Of a stretch of DNA of 40,149 bases, positions 7,835 to 16,676 are shown piece after piece. Both the position numbers and the translations under genes were made by a program. The notes beneath the pieces are model-generated. The model searched no databases, was not told the origin of the DNA, and saw nothing but the letters and a program-made list of their open reading frames with translations. The DNA comes from a virus: IMG/VR virus record IMGVR_UViG_3300005286_000001, positions 1 to 40,149 of that record, one strand, 5' to 3'. Numbering within the stretch: position 1 is the first letter of the stretch; each line of letters starts with the position of its first letter.

Positions 7835-7845
7835 CGGCAGCTCCC

Positions 7846-7875
7846 AAAGAAAAAGGGCCCGCGCGAGGCGAGCCC
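7846..7875 (-). terminator. Intrinsic terminator inside the late operon, just upstream of the fibre genes
   Basis: The minus sense reads GGGCTCGCC-TCG-CGCGGGCCC followed by TTTTTCTTT. The hairpin is 4 + 3 bp around one mismatch, with a non-pairing G-G at the loop end. GGGAG and the ATG at 7834 follow. Confidence 0.5.
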
Positions 7876-7935
7876 TTGTCGTTTTGTCCAACGGAAGGTG
7901 ATGAACCGTCGGGGACGGCGTGCTATGGTGCGGAC

Positions 7936-8106
7936 ATGATGATCCGCGATGCATTTCGACGTGTTGCTTTGGCCGTTGCTGGCCTGATCCTCATCGGCAT
8001 GGCACTGTTGTTCGGCCTGGGCCGCTCAGGCGAGCAATGTGTCAGGAACGACCCGATTACAGGGCGCCCGGCGGAAGTAGGCACGTTCTGGTGTCAGGCC
8101 CGGTGA
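7936..8106 (+). CDS. Small single-pass membrane protein, antisense to the late operon
   Basis: MMIRDAFRRVALAVAGLILIGMALLFGLG..., 56 aa. It lies in an otherwise unexplained 415-bp gap in a tightly packed operon. Confidence 0.45.
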   Translation: MMIRDAFRRVALAVAGLILIGMALLFGLGRSGEQCVRNDPITGRPAEVGTFWCQAR

Positions 8107-8414
8107 TCCGCCTTTTCTGGATGGTCGCCCAGACCACCCTGATTTGCTGGTGGACCTACAGCGTCTTTCGCGCCTACCCGAACGAACCGATTACGGTGGT
8201 TGGCAACTTCTTCGTTGCCATCGTCGTTACTGCCTTCCTCACTGCGCTCTTAACGAGGGGCTGGGATCTGCTTCGGCTGGCCGCGTTCAAAGCCCTGTCG
8301 CGAGTTTCCGGCAATAATCGCAAGGCGGATCGCGAGGGCCTGCGCACGGGCGCTGCTGTTGGCCTCTTTCGCAAGCCGGGCGAACAGTCCGACAGCCCGC
8401 GAGTCCGTCAGTAG
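8103..8414 (+). CDS. Small two-TM membrane protein (start GTG 8103 or ATG 8121)
   Basis: GTGA overlap with the preceding ORF. The product is ...MVAQTTLICWWTYSVF...VVGNFFVAIVVTAFLTALL. The 3' 165 nt overlap the end of the minus-strand gene 8250-10325, so its extent is uncertain. Confidence 0.35.
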   Translation: MIRLFWMVAQTTLICWWTYSVFRAYPNEPITVVGNFFVAIVVTAFLTALLTRGWDLLRLAAFKALSRVSGNNRKADREGLRTGAAVGLFRKPGEQSDSPRVRQ

Positions 8415-10325
8415 CCGCGCCAGCTCTTCCGTGTTTCGCCCCATCCGCCATTCCTGATATCGGGAACGGATGAACTCCGGCAGCTTGAGGCCGCCCGTGG
8501 CCGCTACGTTCGCAAGCTCGCCTACCCGCCCGCCCTTGCGCAGAACGTCCTGCACTTCCTGATTGAAGGCCGTGGCCGAACCTGTCTGCAAGCGCTGCCC
8601 GGTTGCCTCCACGATATCGAGGAACCGATTGAAGCCGTCCCACCGCTGGTTCCCGCCGGGGAGCGCCTTCACGGCCGCCTCGAGACTCGCGGCCTGCTCG
8701 GGATTGCCGCGAAGGGTGGCGGCGAATTTCGCCCCGCCGAACTGATTGGCGCCGCTCTGCAGGTTCTGCGTGGCCTCCGAAAAGATCGTCTCCGCATGCT
8801 GCCGGACGAGATCTGCACCGGCTTTGGGGTCGCGCCGAACAATCTGCTTGATGGCTTCGCCCGTTACCTGAGCCATGCCGGCCTGTGGGCGGGAAGGAAA
8901 AGCCGCCCGCGTCTGTGCCGCGACATCGGCGGTCCCGGCCATGGTACCGATTGGTCCCTGTTCGAGCGGTGCCAATTGGGCCTCGCGCATCGCCGCCTGC
9001 GCCTGCCTGGCTTGAGAATAGGTCGGAGCCGCAGCGTCGGCGGCCTCAAGCACCTGCCCGCGCTGCGACCCGATGATGCTCTGCCGGAAGCCCTCCCCCG
9101 AGCGCCCGGCGGCATCGGCCATGTCGCGAATGCGCTTCTGCACGGCATCAACAACGGCGACGCTGTTGTCCGGCATGTTGGCGAACTGAGGGCCGAGGAT
9201 GGGGTCGTTGCGGATGGCGGCAAGGCCCTGCTGGAAGGCCGGGATCCCGCGGATCTGCTCGAAGGTCGCCGGATCGATCTGAACGGCCTCGGCGGCCTGA
9301 TAGAGCGGTCGCGTCGTCTGATTGATGGCCGCAGTCGTATCGTCGATTGAACCCTGCGCCGCGCGCTGAACGGCAGCGCCAGTGCGGATCGGGTCGGGGG
9401 CGCCGGGGGACAGTCCCTCAAGAGCAGCCCGTCCCGCCGCCTGCACCTGCTGCGGACGCTGGGCCATGACCGGCCCCATGACTTCGGCCCCGCCGCCCGT
9501 GTTCTCCACAACGCGCTGCAACTGGGCGAGGCGCGGAGCAGCGCCACGGCTGACCTGATTGATGGCCTCGGGCCACGTGAGGGTCACGCCCTGCCGCGCG
9601 GCGTCATCCATCAGCTGCGCCGCCTGCTGAATGGTGGCCTCGTCAACCCCCCTCAAAGCATCGCGGGCGATAGCCTGCTCAGGGCGCGAGCGGCCAACGG
9701 CGCCGGCTGCAATGCCGGTAGCCAGAGCCGCACCACCACGGGCCCACGGCTCAAGATCCGTCCCTTCTGTCGCCTGCCCGGCCGCCTCACTGGCGAGGCC
9801 CGGAGCGACGCCGTAGCGCAGCCCTGACGCCGCCCGGGCCATGAGACCACCGCCGCCGAACGCAACGGCCGCGGGGATGAACTCGCCCACGGTGCGGGCG
9901 TATTCGCCGGCCGTCGTCTGCGGCCGATACAGGTTTTCGTCCATGACACGACGAACGGCACCCTGCCCCGCCTCGATGGCACTCGTGATCGGCGACGTTC
10001 CAGCCGATAGAGCCTCCCGACGCGCGATTTCCTCCTGCGACAGGGGCTCGGCTCCGATGAGCCGTCGAATGCCGGCGTCCGCGGCGCCGTAAGCGACTTC
10101 CGCACCCTTCTGCAACAGGCCCCGTGCCATGCCCGGCAGCGTCACCGGCAACATGGCCGTCTCGACGGCCCCGCGAGCGAGACCGGAGCCGGTGCTCTTG
10201 GCGATGTCCTCGGCAACGGAGGGACCAGCGCTCGCCTCAGGGGCGGTCTGGAACTTCGTCCACGGCCCGGCGCTCTGGTTCTGGTAGCGTTCCCACGGCC
10301 CCGCCATCAGCGAACCCTTTCCCAA
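8250..10325 (-). CDS. Large internal virion / ejection protein
   Basis: 691 aa, A/G/Q-rich. It follows the transglycosylase-bearing ejection protein, as in P22-like and T7-like podophages. Confidence 0.65.
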   Translation of the reverse strand: MGKGSLMAGPWERYQNQSAGPWTKFQTAPEASAGPSVAEDIAKSTGSGLARGAVETAMLPVTLPGMARGLLQKGAEVAYGAADAGIRRLIGAEPLSQEEIARREALSAGTSPITSAIEAGQGAVRRVMDENLYRPQTTAGEYARTVGEFIPAAVAFGGGGLMARAASGLRYGVAPGLASEAAGQATEGTDLEPWARGGAALATGIAAGAVGRSRPEQAIARDALRGVDEATIQQAAQLMDDAARQGVTLTWPEAINQVSRGAAPRLAQLQRVVENTGGGAEVMGPVMAQRPQQVQAAGRAALEGLSPGAPDPIRTGAAVQRAAQGSIDDTTAAINQTTRPLYQAAEAVQIDPATFEQIRGIPAFQQGLAAIRNDPILGPQFANMPDNSVAVVDAVQKRIRDMADAAGRSGEGFRQSIIGSQRGQVLEAADAAAPTYSQARQAQAAMREAQLAPLEQGPIGTMAGTADVAAQTRAAFPSRPQAGMAQVTGEAIKQIVRRDPKAGADLVRQHAETIFSEATQNLQSGANQFGGAKFAATLRGNPEQAASLEAAVKALPGGNQRWDGFNRFLDIVEATGQRLQTGSATAFNQEVQDVLRKGGRVGELANVAATGGLKLPEFIRSRYQEWRMGRNTEELARLLTDSRAVGLFARLAKEANSSARAQALAIRLAIIAGNSRQGFERGQPKQIPAPR

Positions 10326-12073
10326 CTGTTCGGATTCGCGGGGTCGCCGCCGCGGAAGACGTAGCCGTCCATAACCGTGCCGGGCTGCGGCGGCGCTACG
10401 CTCCCCTGCTGCGCCCCTCCCGGTTGACCTTGCCCGGGGCCCGCGCCGAGGGCCTGCGCCACTGCCGCCTCATCCGCGGGCGTGAACAGCGGGTTAGCCG
10501 CCGACCATTCCGCCAGCCGGTCATAAAAGCCCTCGTCGAGTCGCTTGTTTTCGCGAATGTAGTCACGGCGGAGCTGGTCCACCTCCACCGACCGCTGCGC
10601 CATGCGCCGCATGTAGTCGATGATGATGCGGTTGGCGCCTTCCGTCCGCTCAAGGCCGGGCACGGACTGCTGCAGGAACTCTCGGTCCTTGTCGGAGAGT
10701 GCGCCCGGCATGCCGGCGCCGCCGCTCGGATTGCGCAGCTCAAGGGCGAACTGGTTGCTGATGGCGTTGATCGCCTCCGGGCCCGACAGGTCGCCGACGT
10801 CAAAGCCCATCGCCTTCGCCATGCGCTTGGCCTGCAGAACGAGGTTCGCGCCCGCGCCGGTATAGACGTTCGGATCGCCCAGAATGCCTTCCATACGCGA
10901 GAGCACCGCGACCTTGCGACGGCCGTCTGCCGCGCCGTCGATGATCTCCTTGTTGAGCTGGGCGAACTGCTTGCCCATCTCCTCGTCGTATTTTGTCTCG
11001 CCCTTCCCGACGTTGACGTTCGTGGCCCCGGCCCGGCGAAGCTCCTGCTGATAGTCCATGAACGTGCCGGCATAACCCTGCTGCCGGGCGAACAGGTAGC
11101 CGCGCATGGCATCGGTCGGCTTGCCCTGATCCAGCCGTTCCTTGAGCGCCATGTCGATGAGGTCTTGCCTCTCCTTCGGCAGGCCTCGCATGCCCCGGAG
11201 CTGCTGGAGCTGTTCCGTGGAGAGGTTCGGGAGGATCGTCGGGCCCGTCTGGACCGGTGCAGCGCCTTGCGGGATGGCGAAGCCCTGCGCCGGCGTACCG
11301 CCCGCCATCGGGATATCGGCCTGTGCGACCTGCGTGCGGGGAGCCGCCCCAGTAAACCCGCGCTGAATACGGCTCGCAGCCTCGGCAACCGTCAGGGGAC
11401 GATCCCCATCGAAGAACATGGTACGGTTGGCCGCGACAGCGCGCGGATCGACCACATCCGCCGCCAGAACGGTCGGATCCTGCTGCAGGGCGGACAGGAA
11501 ATTGCGGGCCCCACCCGCGCCGAGGAAGTGCGCCGTGTAGAGGTTGGCGTCAGACGGGGTGATACCGGCCGCCTGAAGCGCCTTGCGGTTGTCTTCCGTG
11601 AACGCCTGGATTGCCCGTTCCTGCTGAGCGGGGTCCGTGCGGCCGTCCGGCGTCAGTCCGAGCTGCGGGTATTTCCGGGCGAGATCCGCCCACGTCCCGG
11701 CGGTGAACTGATAACGCCCCGTGGCGGTCGAATTCGGGTTACGAGCCGCGTCATTGCCGCCGCTCTCACGGGAGCGGAGCGTGCTGAGGTAGCCCCCGCC
11801 AAGGTCGCCAAGCGAAAGCGGCTGCGCAGACGTTGCGCCCCCGCCCATCATGGACTGCCATGCCTGATCGGCGGCGGCCTGCGACTGCATGTTCTGGCCG
11901 AGCGACGCCAACTCCATCTGCGTCTTCTGCTTGCCCAGATCGGCAAGCTCGCGCTTCAACTGCTGGTCCTGCGCCTGATTGAAGGCGCCGAAGAACGCGT
12001 TGGGCAGGTTCGCCAGCATCTGGTCGATGCGGGGATACTGGGTCGTGAGATCGTGGATGACCAACCGCGCCAT
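10307..12073 (-). CDS. Internal virion / ejection protein with a lytic transglycosylase domain
   Basis: 588 aa. The motif RESGGNDAARNPNSTATGRYQFTAGTW resembles the lysozyme-like E-S-G...G-x-Y-Q-F...T-W signature. Confidence 0.75.
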   Translation of the reverse strand: MARLVIHDLTTQYPRIDQMLANLPNAFFGAFNQAQDQQLKRELADLGKQKTQMELASLGQNMQSQAAADQAWQSMMGGGATSAQPLSLGDLGGGYLSTLRSRESGGNDAARNPNSTATGRYQFTAGTWADLARKYPQLGLTPDGRTDPAQQERAIQAFTEDNRKALQAAGITPSDANLYTAHFLGAGGARNFLSALQQDPTVLAADVVDPRAVAANRTMFFDGDRPLTVAEAASRIQRGFTGAAPRTQVAQADIPMAGGTPAQGFAIPQGAAPVQTGPTILPNLSTEQLQQLRGMRGLPKERQDLIDMALKERLDQGKPTDAMRGYLFARQQGYAGTFMDYQQELRRAGATNVNVGKGETKYDEEMGKQFAQLNKEIIDGAADGRRKVAVLSRMEGILGDPNVYTGAGANLVLQAKRMAKAMGFDVGDLSGPEAINAISNQFALELRNPSGGAGMPGALSDKDREFLQQSVPGLERTEGANRIIIDYMRRMAQRSVEVDQLRRDYIRENKRLDEGFYDRLAEWSAANPLFTPADEAAVAQALGAGPGQGQPGGAQQGSVAPPQPGTVMDGYVFRGGDPANPNSWERVR

Positions 12074-12086
12074 CGATCAACCCCCA

Positions 12087-12743
12087 TCAACCAAGAAGTC
12101 TGGTGAAGAAACCGCCGGAGCCGAGGCCCGAGCCGAGCAGGTTCAGGCCGCCCGTGATGGCCCCCAGCATGTTCGCCTGGTTCTGCGCCTTCGCGGCATC
12201 CCCGGCCTTCAGTGCGCCCACGACAAGGCCGAGCTTGTCCTTGTCGTTCTGGTCCATGATGCCGGCGCGAGACCCGAAATAGCCCATATCGAGGTCGGCC
12301 AAAGACCCGAGCGAACCAGCCTGCCCCGAGATGCCCTGCGAATAGAGCTGCATCAGCGGCAGGGCCGCCTGACGCTCCTGATTGAGGGTCTGAGAGGCAA
12401 GGCCGCTCGCGAACTTGATCGCATCGGCATCGGCATTGCCCGAGTTGAGCATGCCGCCGGCCGCACGGCGCCGGTTGAGCGCCTGCAAACCCTGATCCAT
12501 GGCAAACTGATAGCCGGCCGTGCCCTCAAGCGCCGACTGGTCGCCTGACAGGAGGGACAGATACCGGTCAAGACCGGCCTGCCCCTGCGTCGTCATCCCG
12601 CCGAACAGGTCTTTTGCCTGCCCTAGGTAGCCCTGAGCGCCGGTGTAGCCCTTCTCCAGCTCGCCGAGGACGCGCTTTTCGCTGTCGTCGAGGGCAGTCT
12701 GCCCATACATGGCGGCATAGCGCGCGCCCTTCGCACTGGCCAT
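12087..12743 (-). CDS. Virion protein (ejection or needle-associated, function unknown)
   Basis: 218 aa. AAGGAGG lies upstream of the ATG at 12743. The C-terminus is glycine-rich. Confidence 0.6.
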   Translation of the reverse strand: MASAKGARYAAMYGQTALDDSEKRVLGELEKGYTGAQGYLGQAKDLFGGMTTQGQAGLDRYLSLLSGDQSALEGTAGYQFAMDQGLQALNRRRAAGGMLNSGNADADAIKFASGLASQTLNQERQAALPLMQLYSQGISGQAGSLGSLADLDMGYFGSRAGIMDQNDKDKLGLVVGALKAGDAAKAQNQANMLGAITGGLNLLGSGLGSGGFFTRLLG

Positions 12744-12755
12744 GTGTGCGCCTCC

Positions 12756-13025
12756 TTAGCTCAGAAGAACGGATTTCAGGGAGCCGCCGACGTTCGCGTA
12801 GAGCCGCGTTTCGGCTGTGCTCGTGTCGTGCCAGACCCGGCTTTCCCCCTCGGGGATGTCGTCCGCGGTCGGCGTGGTGTTGCTCGTGACCGTCTGTCGG
12901 GCTGCCACGTCCTCACGAAGGACGTTCTCTACGGTCTTGAACCATGCGTACCAGACCGTTGCGAAGACGCCGTTCGGCGCCGCCGGTACGTTCGCGCCGG
13001 GCGTGGGAAGCGGTTTCTTCGCCAT
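12756..13025 (-). CDS. Small virion-module protein
   Basis: 89-aa ORF, starting 3 nt after the upstream stop. Confidence 0.55.
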   Translation of the reverse strand: MAKKPLPTPGANVPAAPNGVFATVWYAWFKTVENVLREDVAARQTVTSNTTPTADDIPEGESRVWHDTSTAETRLYANVGGSLKSVLLS

Positions 13026-13028
13026 GGA

Positions 13029-14444
13029 TCAGCCCCGCACTTCCGGGGTCAGCTCGCCGCCAAACAGCGAGAACGGCACGGGGTCCGACACGTCCACGCG
13101 GATCTGCATGCCGCGGTTGCTCATCAGGCCAAGCCGATTGACCTGCACCTTGCGGCGGTATTCGCCCTGCCGCCCGATCTCTCGCAGGACGGGAAAGCCG
13201 AAGCGCACTCCGCCGTCCTTGGACCACGAGATGGAGCACCGCGGCTTCGTCTGGATAGGATCGGTGCCCGGCGCCATGCCGACACCCGCCAGAATGTCGA
13301 GATCGAGACGGGGAACAGCGGCCCTTTGCGGGAACGGACTCACCGTGGCTGAGACAACCGTCGCCGTCAGAGGGTCGTTGCCCTCCATGTGATAGTCGGG
13401 GTCGATCTCGTAGAGCGTGCCCGAGGCCACATCCCCGGCCATCCAGCGGTCAAACGCCTTCAGCGAGCCGGCGCACCGCCACGTCTGCATCAGGTGCGAC
13501 TTGCGCTCGAACCACTCGCCCGTGCTGAGGTCATAGCACCACGTCCAGTCCGGCGAGGTCATCGTCCAGATGGCGTGCCCCTCATGCATGTAGACAGAAC
13601 AGCGGATGGTGGACTTGTCCGCCAGGGCCTCGATGGCCTTCGCGACTGAGGGCGTCGAGATGGCCTGCTGCGTATAGCCCTGCAGCATGTAGACAACACC
13701 GTCGTCGCCCACGTCGATCAGAGTGTTGGACCAGCCGTCCTCGTCGCCCGCAATGGCCTGCTGTCCAGCGATGCCGCGCGGGATCGTGTCGAGATACGAG
13801 AACGGAAACCCGACCTCGTTGTTGGGATCGACACGCCACACCTCGATGGTCTGCGGGCCGCACGCGAACAGGTCGCCGCCGAGTGCGATCGGCCTCAACA
13901 GACCGTCGGGCTTGCTCTCGGCGAACGCCGTATCGAGCGTGTTGATGGCCGTCGAATTCAGGTCCGTCGTGCGCATACGGCCGTCGCCGTAGGTGAACAC
14001 GAAATACCCGCGCAGGAAGGTCACCGCATTGGGCGATCCAACGTCCGGGTCGGAATAGCTCTGAGGCGCCCCGTTCGTCGTCAGCTCGTAGGCGGTGTTC
14101 TCCGCCACGCATACGATATCGGGCGTCGGCGTCTTGTTGTTCCGGGCGAAGAAGACCGGCCCCGAGCCCGGCAGCGAGCCGAGCGGCGTCGCCGTGTAGA
14201 TGCCACCAGCATGAGTGACCGCGAACAGCCAGTCCTCAAGGGCGACGAGCCACGTTCCATTGACGTAGATGCTGCCGCGGTAGCCGGAAAAGCCATCAAT
14301 CACGACGGCCTCGCGCAGGCCCGGCACGCGGAAGCGCCGAATACGACCGTCGGGCAGCTTCTCGCTCATGGTGTTGATGAGCCTGCCCCCGCTCTCCGCG
14401 AAGAGGCCCGGTGCGGACGACGTGGGGAAGGGAATTTGGGTCAC
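13029..14444 (-). CDS. P22 gp10-like packaged-DNA stabilisation / tail hub protein
   Basis: 471 aa; P22 gp10 is about the same size. GTG start preceded by AGGAGGGG. Position and collinear patches resemble gp10 as I remember it (unverified). Confidence 0.6.
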   Translation of the reverse strand: MTQIPFPTSSAPGLFAESGGRLINTMSEKLPDGRIRRFRVPGLREAVVIDGFSGYRGSIYVNGTWLVALEDWLFAVTHAGGIYTATPLGSLPGSGPVFFARNNKTPTPDIVCVAENTAYELTTNGAPQSYSDPDVGSPNAVTFLRGYFVFTYGDGRMRTTDLNSTAINTLDTAFAESKPDGLLRPIALGGDLFACGPQTIEVWRVDPNNEVGFPFSYLDTIPRGIAGQQAIAGDEDGWSNTLIDVGDDGVVYMLQGYTQQAISTPSVAKAIEALADKSTIRCSVYMHEGHAIWTMTSPDWTWCYDLSTGEWFERKSHLMQTWRCAGSLKAFDRWMAGDVASGTLYEIDPDYHMEGNDPLTATVVSATVSPFPQRAAVPRLDLDILAGVGMAPGTDPIQTKPRCSISWSKDGGVRFGFPVLREIGRQGEYRRKVQVNRLGLMSNRGMQIRVDVSDPVPFSLFGGELTPEVRG

Positions 14445-14453
14445 GATCCCCTC

Positions 14454-14969
14454 CTAGGCCGCTCTGGCATACGGTCCATAGAGCCCCGCCATGTGCCGCA
14501 TGTAGGCTCCCGATGCTTCTTCCTTGGTGTCGTAGCGCCCCAAATTGCGGAACCTCCCGCCTGTCCACGCGAACGCGAGCCATTTCCCGCTGGTGCGGTC
14601 CCACGTCACGCCTTTCCGGCCACTGGTGTTGTGTCGCGGGGTGCGGATGTTTGCTGCGTTTTGCCCCCTCGATGCCAACCGCAGATTCGAGAACCTGTTG
14701 TCGGACGGGTCGCAATTGGCGTGGTCGATTTCGTACTCAGGCCACTCGCCCGTCATGTAGAACCATGCGAGGCGATGCGCAAAATACCTTCGATAGTTCA
14801 AACGGATGGATAGCCGACCGGCGGCCATGGTTCCTGCTTTGGCGCCAGCAAAACGGCTGTTCCACGTGGCATTCATCGCTGGATTGGGCCGCCAGCGGAA
14901 TTCCCCCGTCTCAGGGTCGTAGCTCAGGCGCTCCACTAGCTCGGCGTGGGTGAAGTCAGGCTTACGCAT
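14454..14969 (-). CDS. HNH homing endonuclease with an AP2-type DNA-binding domain
   Basis: EIDHANCDPSDNRFSNLRLASRGQNAAN is an HNH_3-type motif. GVTWDRTSGKWLAFAWTGGRFRNLGRYDTKEEA is AP2-like. The start forms an ATGA overlap with the adaptor gene stop. Confidence 0.8.
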   Translation of the reverse strand: MRKPDFTHAELVERLSYDPETGEFRWRPNPAMNATWNSRFAGAKAGTMAAGRLSIRLNYRRYFAHRLAWFYMTGEWPEYEIDHANCDPSDNRFSNLRLASRGQNAANIRTPRHNTSGRKGVTWDRTSGKWLAFAWTGGRFRNLGRYDTKEEASGAYMRHMAGLYGPYARAA

Positions 14970-15307
14970 CAGAAATACGCCACCTTGACGGGCTCGAAGG
15001 TCGTGTAGCTCGCCTGGGCGCGGCGCATGTCCAGCTCGGCCGCGAGGCGCGCGTCTTCGGACCTCGGCAACCCGAAGGACGGAGCGGCCTCGTTCGCGAG
15101 CATGCGGGCCAGCGGCAGGAAAACAGCGTCGTCGATGGCCTCGACGTTCGGCACATAGAGGATGCGCGAGCGCGCCAGCTGATTGAGAAGCGGCGCGACA
15201 ACAGCGTCGACAGCGTCGCTATCCTCGACCTCGACGGGCTGCCCCGCCTCTGCGAGGCCGAGAACGCTAAGCGCCTGCTCGATGAGTTGCGCCTTCGTCT
15301 TGGGCAT
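14969..15307 (-). CDS. Head-completion / head-tail adaptor protein (by position)
   Basis: ORF 14969-15565 trimmed to the ATG at 15307, which is preceded by AGGAGG. It encodes 112 aa directly after the capsid gene. Confidence 0.5.
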   Translation of the reverse strand: MPKTKAQLIEQALSVLGLAEAGQPVEVEDSDAVDAVVAPLLNQLARSRILYVPNVEAIDDAVFLPLARMLANEAAPSFGLPRSEDARLAAELDMRRAQASYTTFEPVKVAYF

Positions 15308-15328
15308 GCTCACCTCCTGAATGGCGAA

Positions 15329-15348
15329 GGGCGGCCCGAAGACCGCCC
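15329..15348 (-). terminator. GC-rich stem-loop after the capsid gene (attenuator or stabiliser)
   Basis: In the minus sense, GGGCGG-TCTTCGGG-CCGCCC followed by TTCGCCATT. The T-run is weak. Confidence 0.35.
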
Positions 15349-15360
15349 CTCTCCTTCTCG

Positions 15361-16506
15361 TTACGCCGTGGCAGGCGCGGCGTTGAACACGGTGACGATG
15401 CCCCACTGCACAAGGTCGCTCGTCGTAGTGTCCTTGAAGAACACCTTGCCGACGCCATAGGCCATGTCGATGCCGACGCCCTTCTTGAACTGGTAGTCGG
15501 TTTCGTCGAGCTTCGTCGGCTCGGGCATCTGGCCCCACACGAGGCCCAGCGCCGAGCGGCCGCACATGAACGACATGGATACGTCAACGCCGCTGTCGCC
15601 CGCTCCGGCCACGAGAGCGAGCTTGTCGATCTCGGGAACCTTGCGGATGATGACGTTGTCGTAGAGCAGGTCGCCCTCGCGGAAGATCGGGTTGTTCCGC
15701 CAGGACGAGCCCTCACGGGGGCGCGCATCCTTGTTGGCCTGGTAGATCTCGGGATCGGCCCAGGCATCGCGGTAGGCGCGCGAGCCCACGAACATGACGA
15801 AGCGCTCGTAGCCGTCGTCGGTGCTCAGGGGCTCGATCTTCGGGTCAGCGTCTTCCGCCTTCTCGCGGGCGAGACGGACGGTCGCGGCGCTGAAGCGGTC
15901 GTCGGTCGCCGTCAGGCTCGCAAGGGCCGTGGCATGCGTGGCGTTGTAGTTGCTGAACGCGTTGCCGTACAGAATGCGGTCCTGGTTGGCCTGGTTCCAC
16001 GTGTTGCGCTGCGTGGCGTTGGCGGCCGAGTACAGGATGCCATTCACGCGCTGGCCGTTGGGGGAGCCGAGGCCGGCCGGCGGGGATTCGCTCGGGAGCG
16101 ACGCCATCGCCAGAACCAGTTCGTCACGCTGCAGCGACTTGCCCCAGTCGGAGAGAAGCGGCTGCGCCTGCGCGAACAGGTCAAACGAGCCCTTCTTGAT
16201 CTCCGCCTTGGTGGCCGTGACAGCGTTGCGACCCCAGTCGAGCCAGAACCGGCAACCGTAGTTGTCGATGGCCTCCTCGTTGCCCGTCAGCGTCCCCGAG
16301 CCGATGGCCGTGTTGCGGAGGGCCTTGATCAGGGGAACGTTGATCTGGTCGCCGCCGAACTTGCCGGTTTCGAGGAACGTGCGGATGACGGCGGTGCCAT
16401 CGTTGCCCATGTAGGGCGAGAACATGTTGCCGCGAACGAACTCGCGGATGATGTTGTTGCGGAAAATAATCCCGCGGTTGTTGGCCTGAATGGTAGAGAC
16501 AGCCAT
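15361..16506 (-). CDS. Major capsid protein
   Basis: ORF trimmed to the ATG at 16506, preceded by GAGGA. It encodes 381 aa and follows the scaffold gene. The N-terminus MAVSTIQANNRGIIFRNN...FSPYMG resembles podophage HK97-fold capsid families (from memory). Confidence 0.8.
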   Translation of the reverse strand: MAVSTIQANNRGIIFRNNIIREFVRGNMFSPYMGNDGTAVIRTFLETGKFGGDQINVPLIKALRNTAIGSGTLTGNEEAIDNYGCRFWLDWGRNAVTATKAEIKKGSFDLFAQAQPLLSDWGKSLQRDELVLAMASLPSESPPAGLGSPNGQRVNGILYSAANATQRNTWNQANQDRILYGNAFSNYNATHATALASLTATDDRFSAATVRLAREKAEDADPKIEPLSTDDGYERFVMFVGSRAYRDAWADPEIYQANKDARPREGSSWRNNPIFREGDLLYDNVIIRKVPEIDKLALVAGAGDSGVDVSMSFMCGRSALGLVWGQMPEPTKLDETDYQFKKGVGIDMAYGVGKVFFKDTTTSDLVQWGIVTVFNAAPATA

Positions 16507-16676
16507 TGTCTTGTCCTCAAGACACGACAAAGCGCCCGCTCAGGGCTGCCCTGTCGGGTGTGATCGGTCTGCCCGGTCCTCAGCCGGGCGCTCGGGTTCG
16601 GATTGGCCGTCTCGTGGCCCTACGTGCGGTTGCGCCGTATCGTGGCGCGGACGAGAGTGTCGCGGCGGCCTTGTGA

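Noticed and set aside
10124-12106. 660-aa plus-strand ORF, the longest ORF on that strand in this region
   Set aside because: It is R/P/G/A-rich and low in complexity. It lies antisense to two minus-strand genes with clear motifs and tight coupling. This is a typical shadow ORF in GC-rich DNA.
14444-14465. Similarity between the HNH 3' junction (GCCAGAGCGGCCTAGGAGGGGATCGTG) and the 30363 gene leader (GCCAGAGCGGCGGCCTAGGAGGTGACGATG)
   Set aside because: About 18 matching nt with an indel, much of it SD sequence and GC-rich. This is within what chance plus shared SD usage can give in 40 kb.
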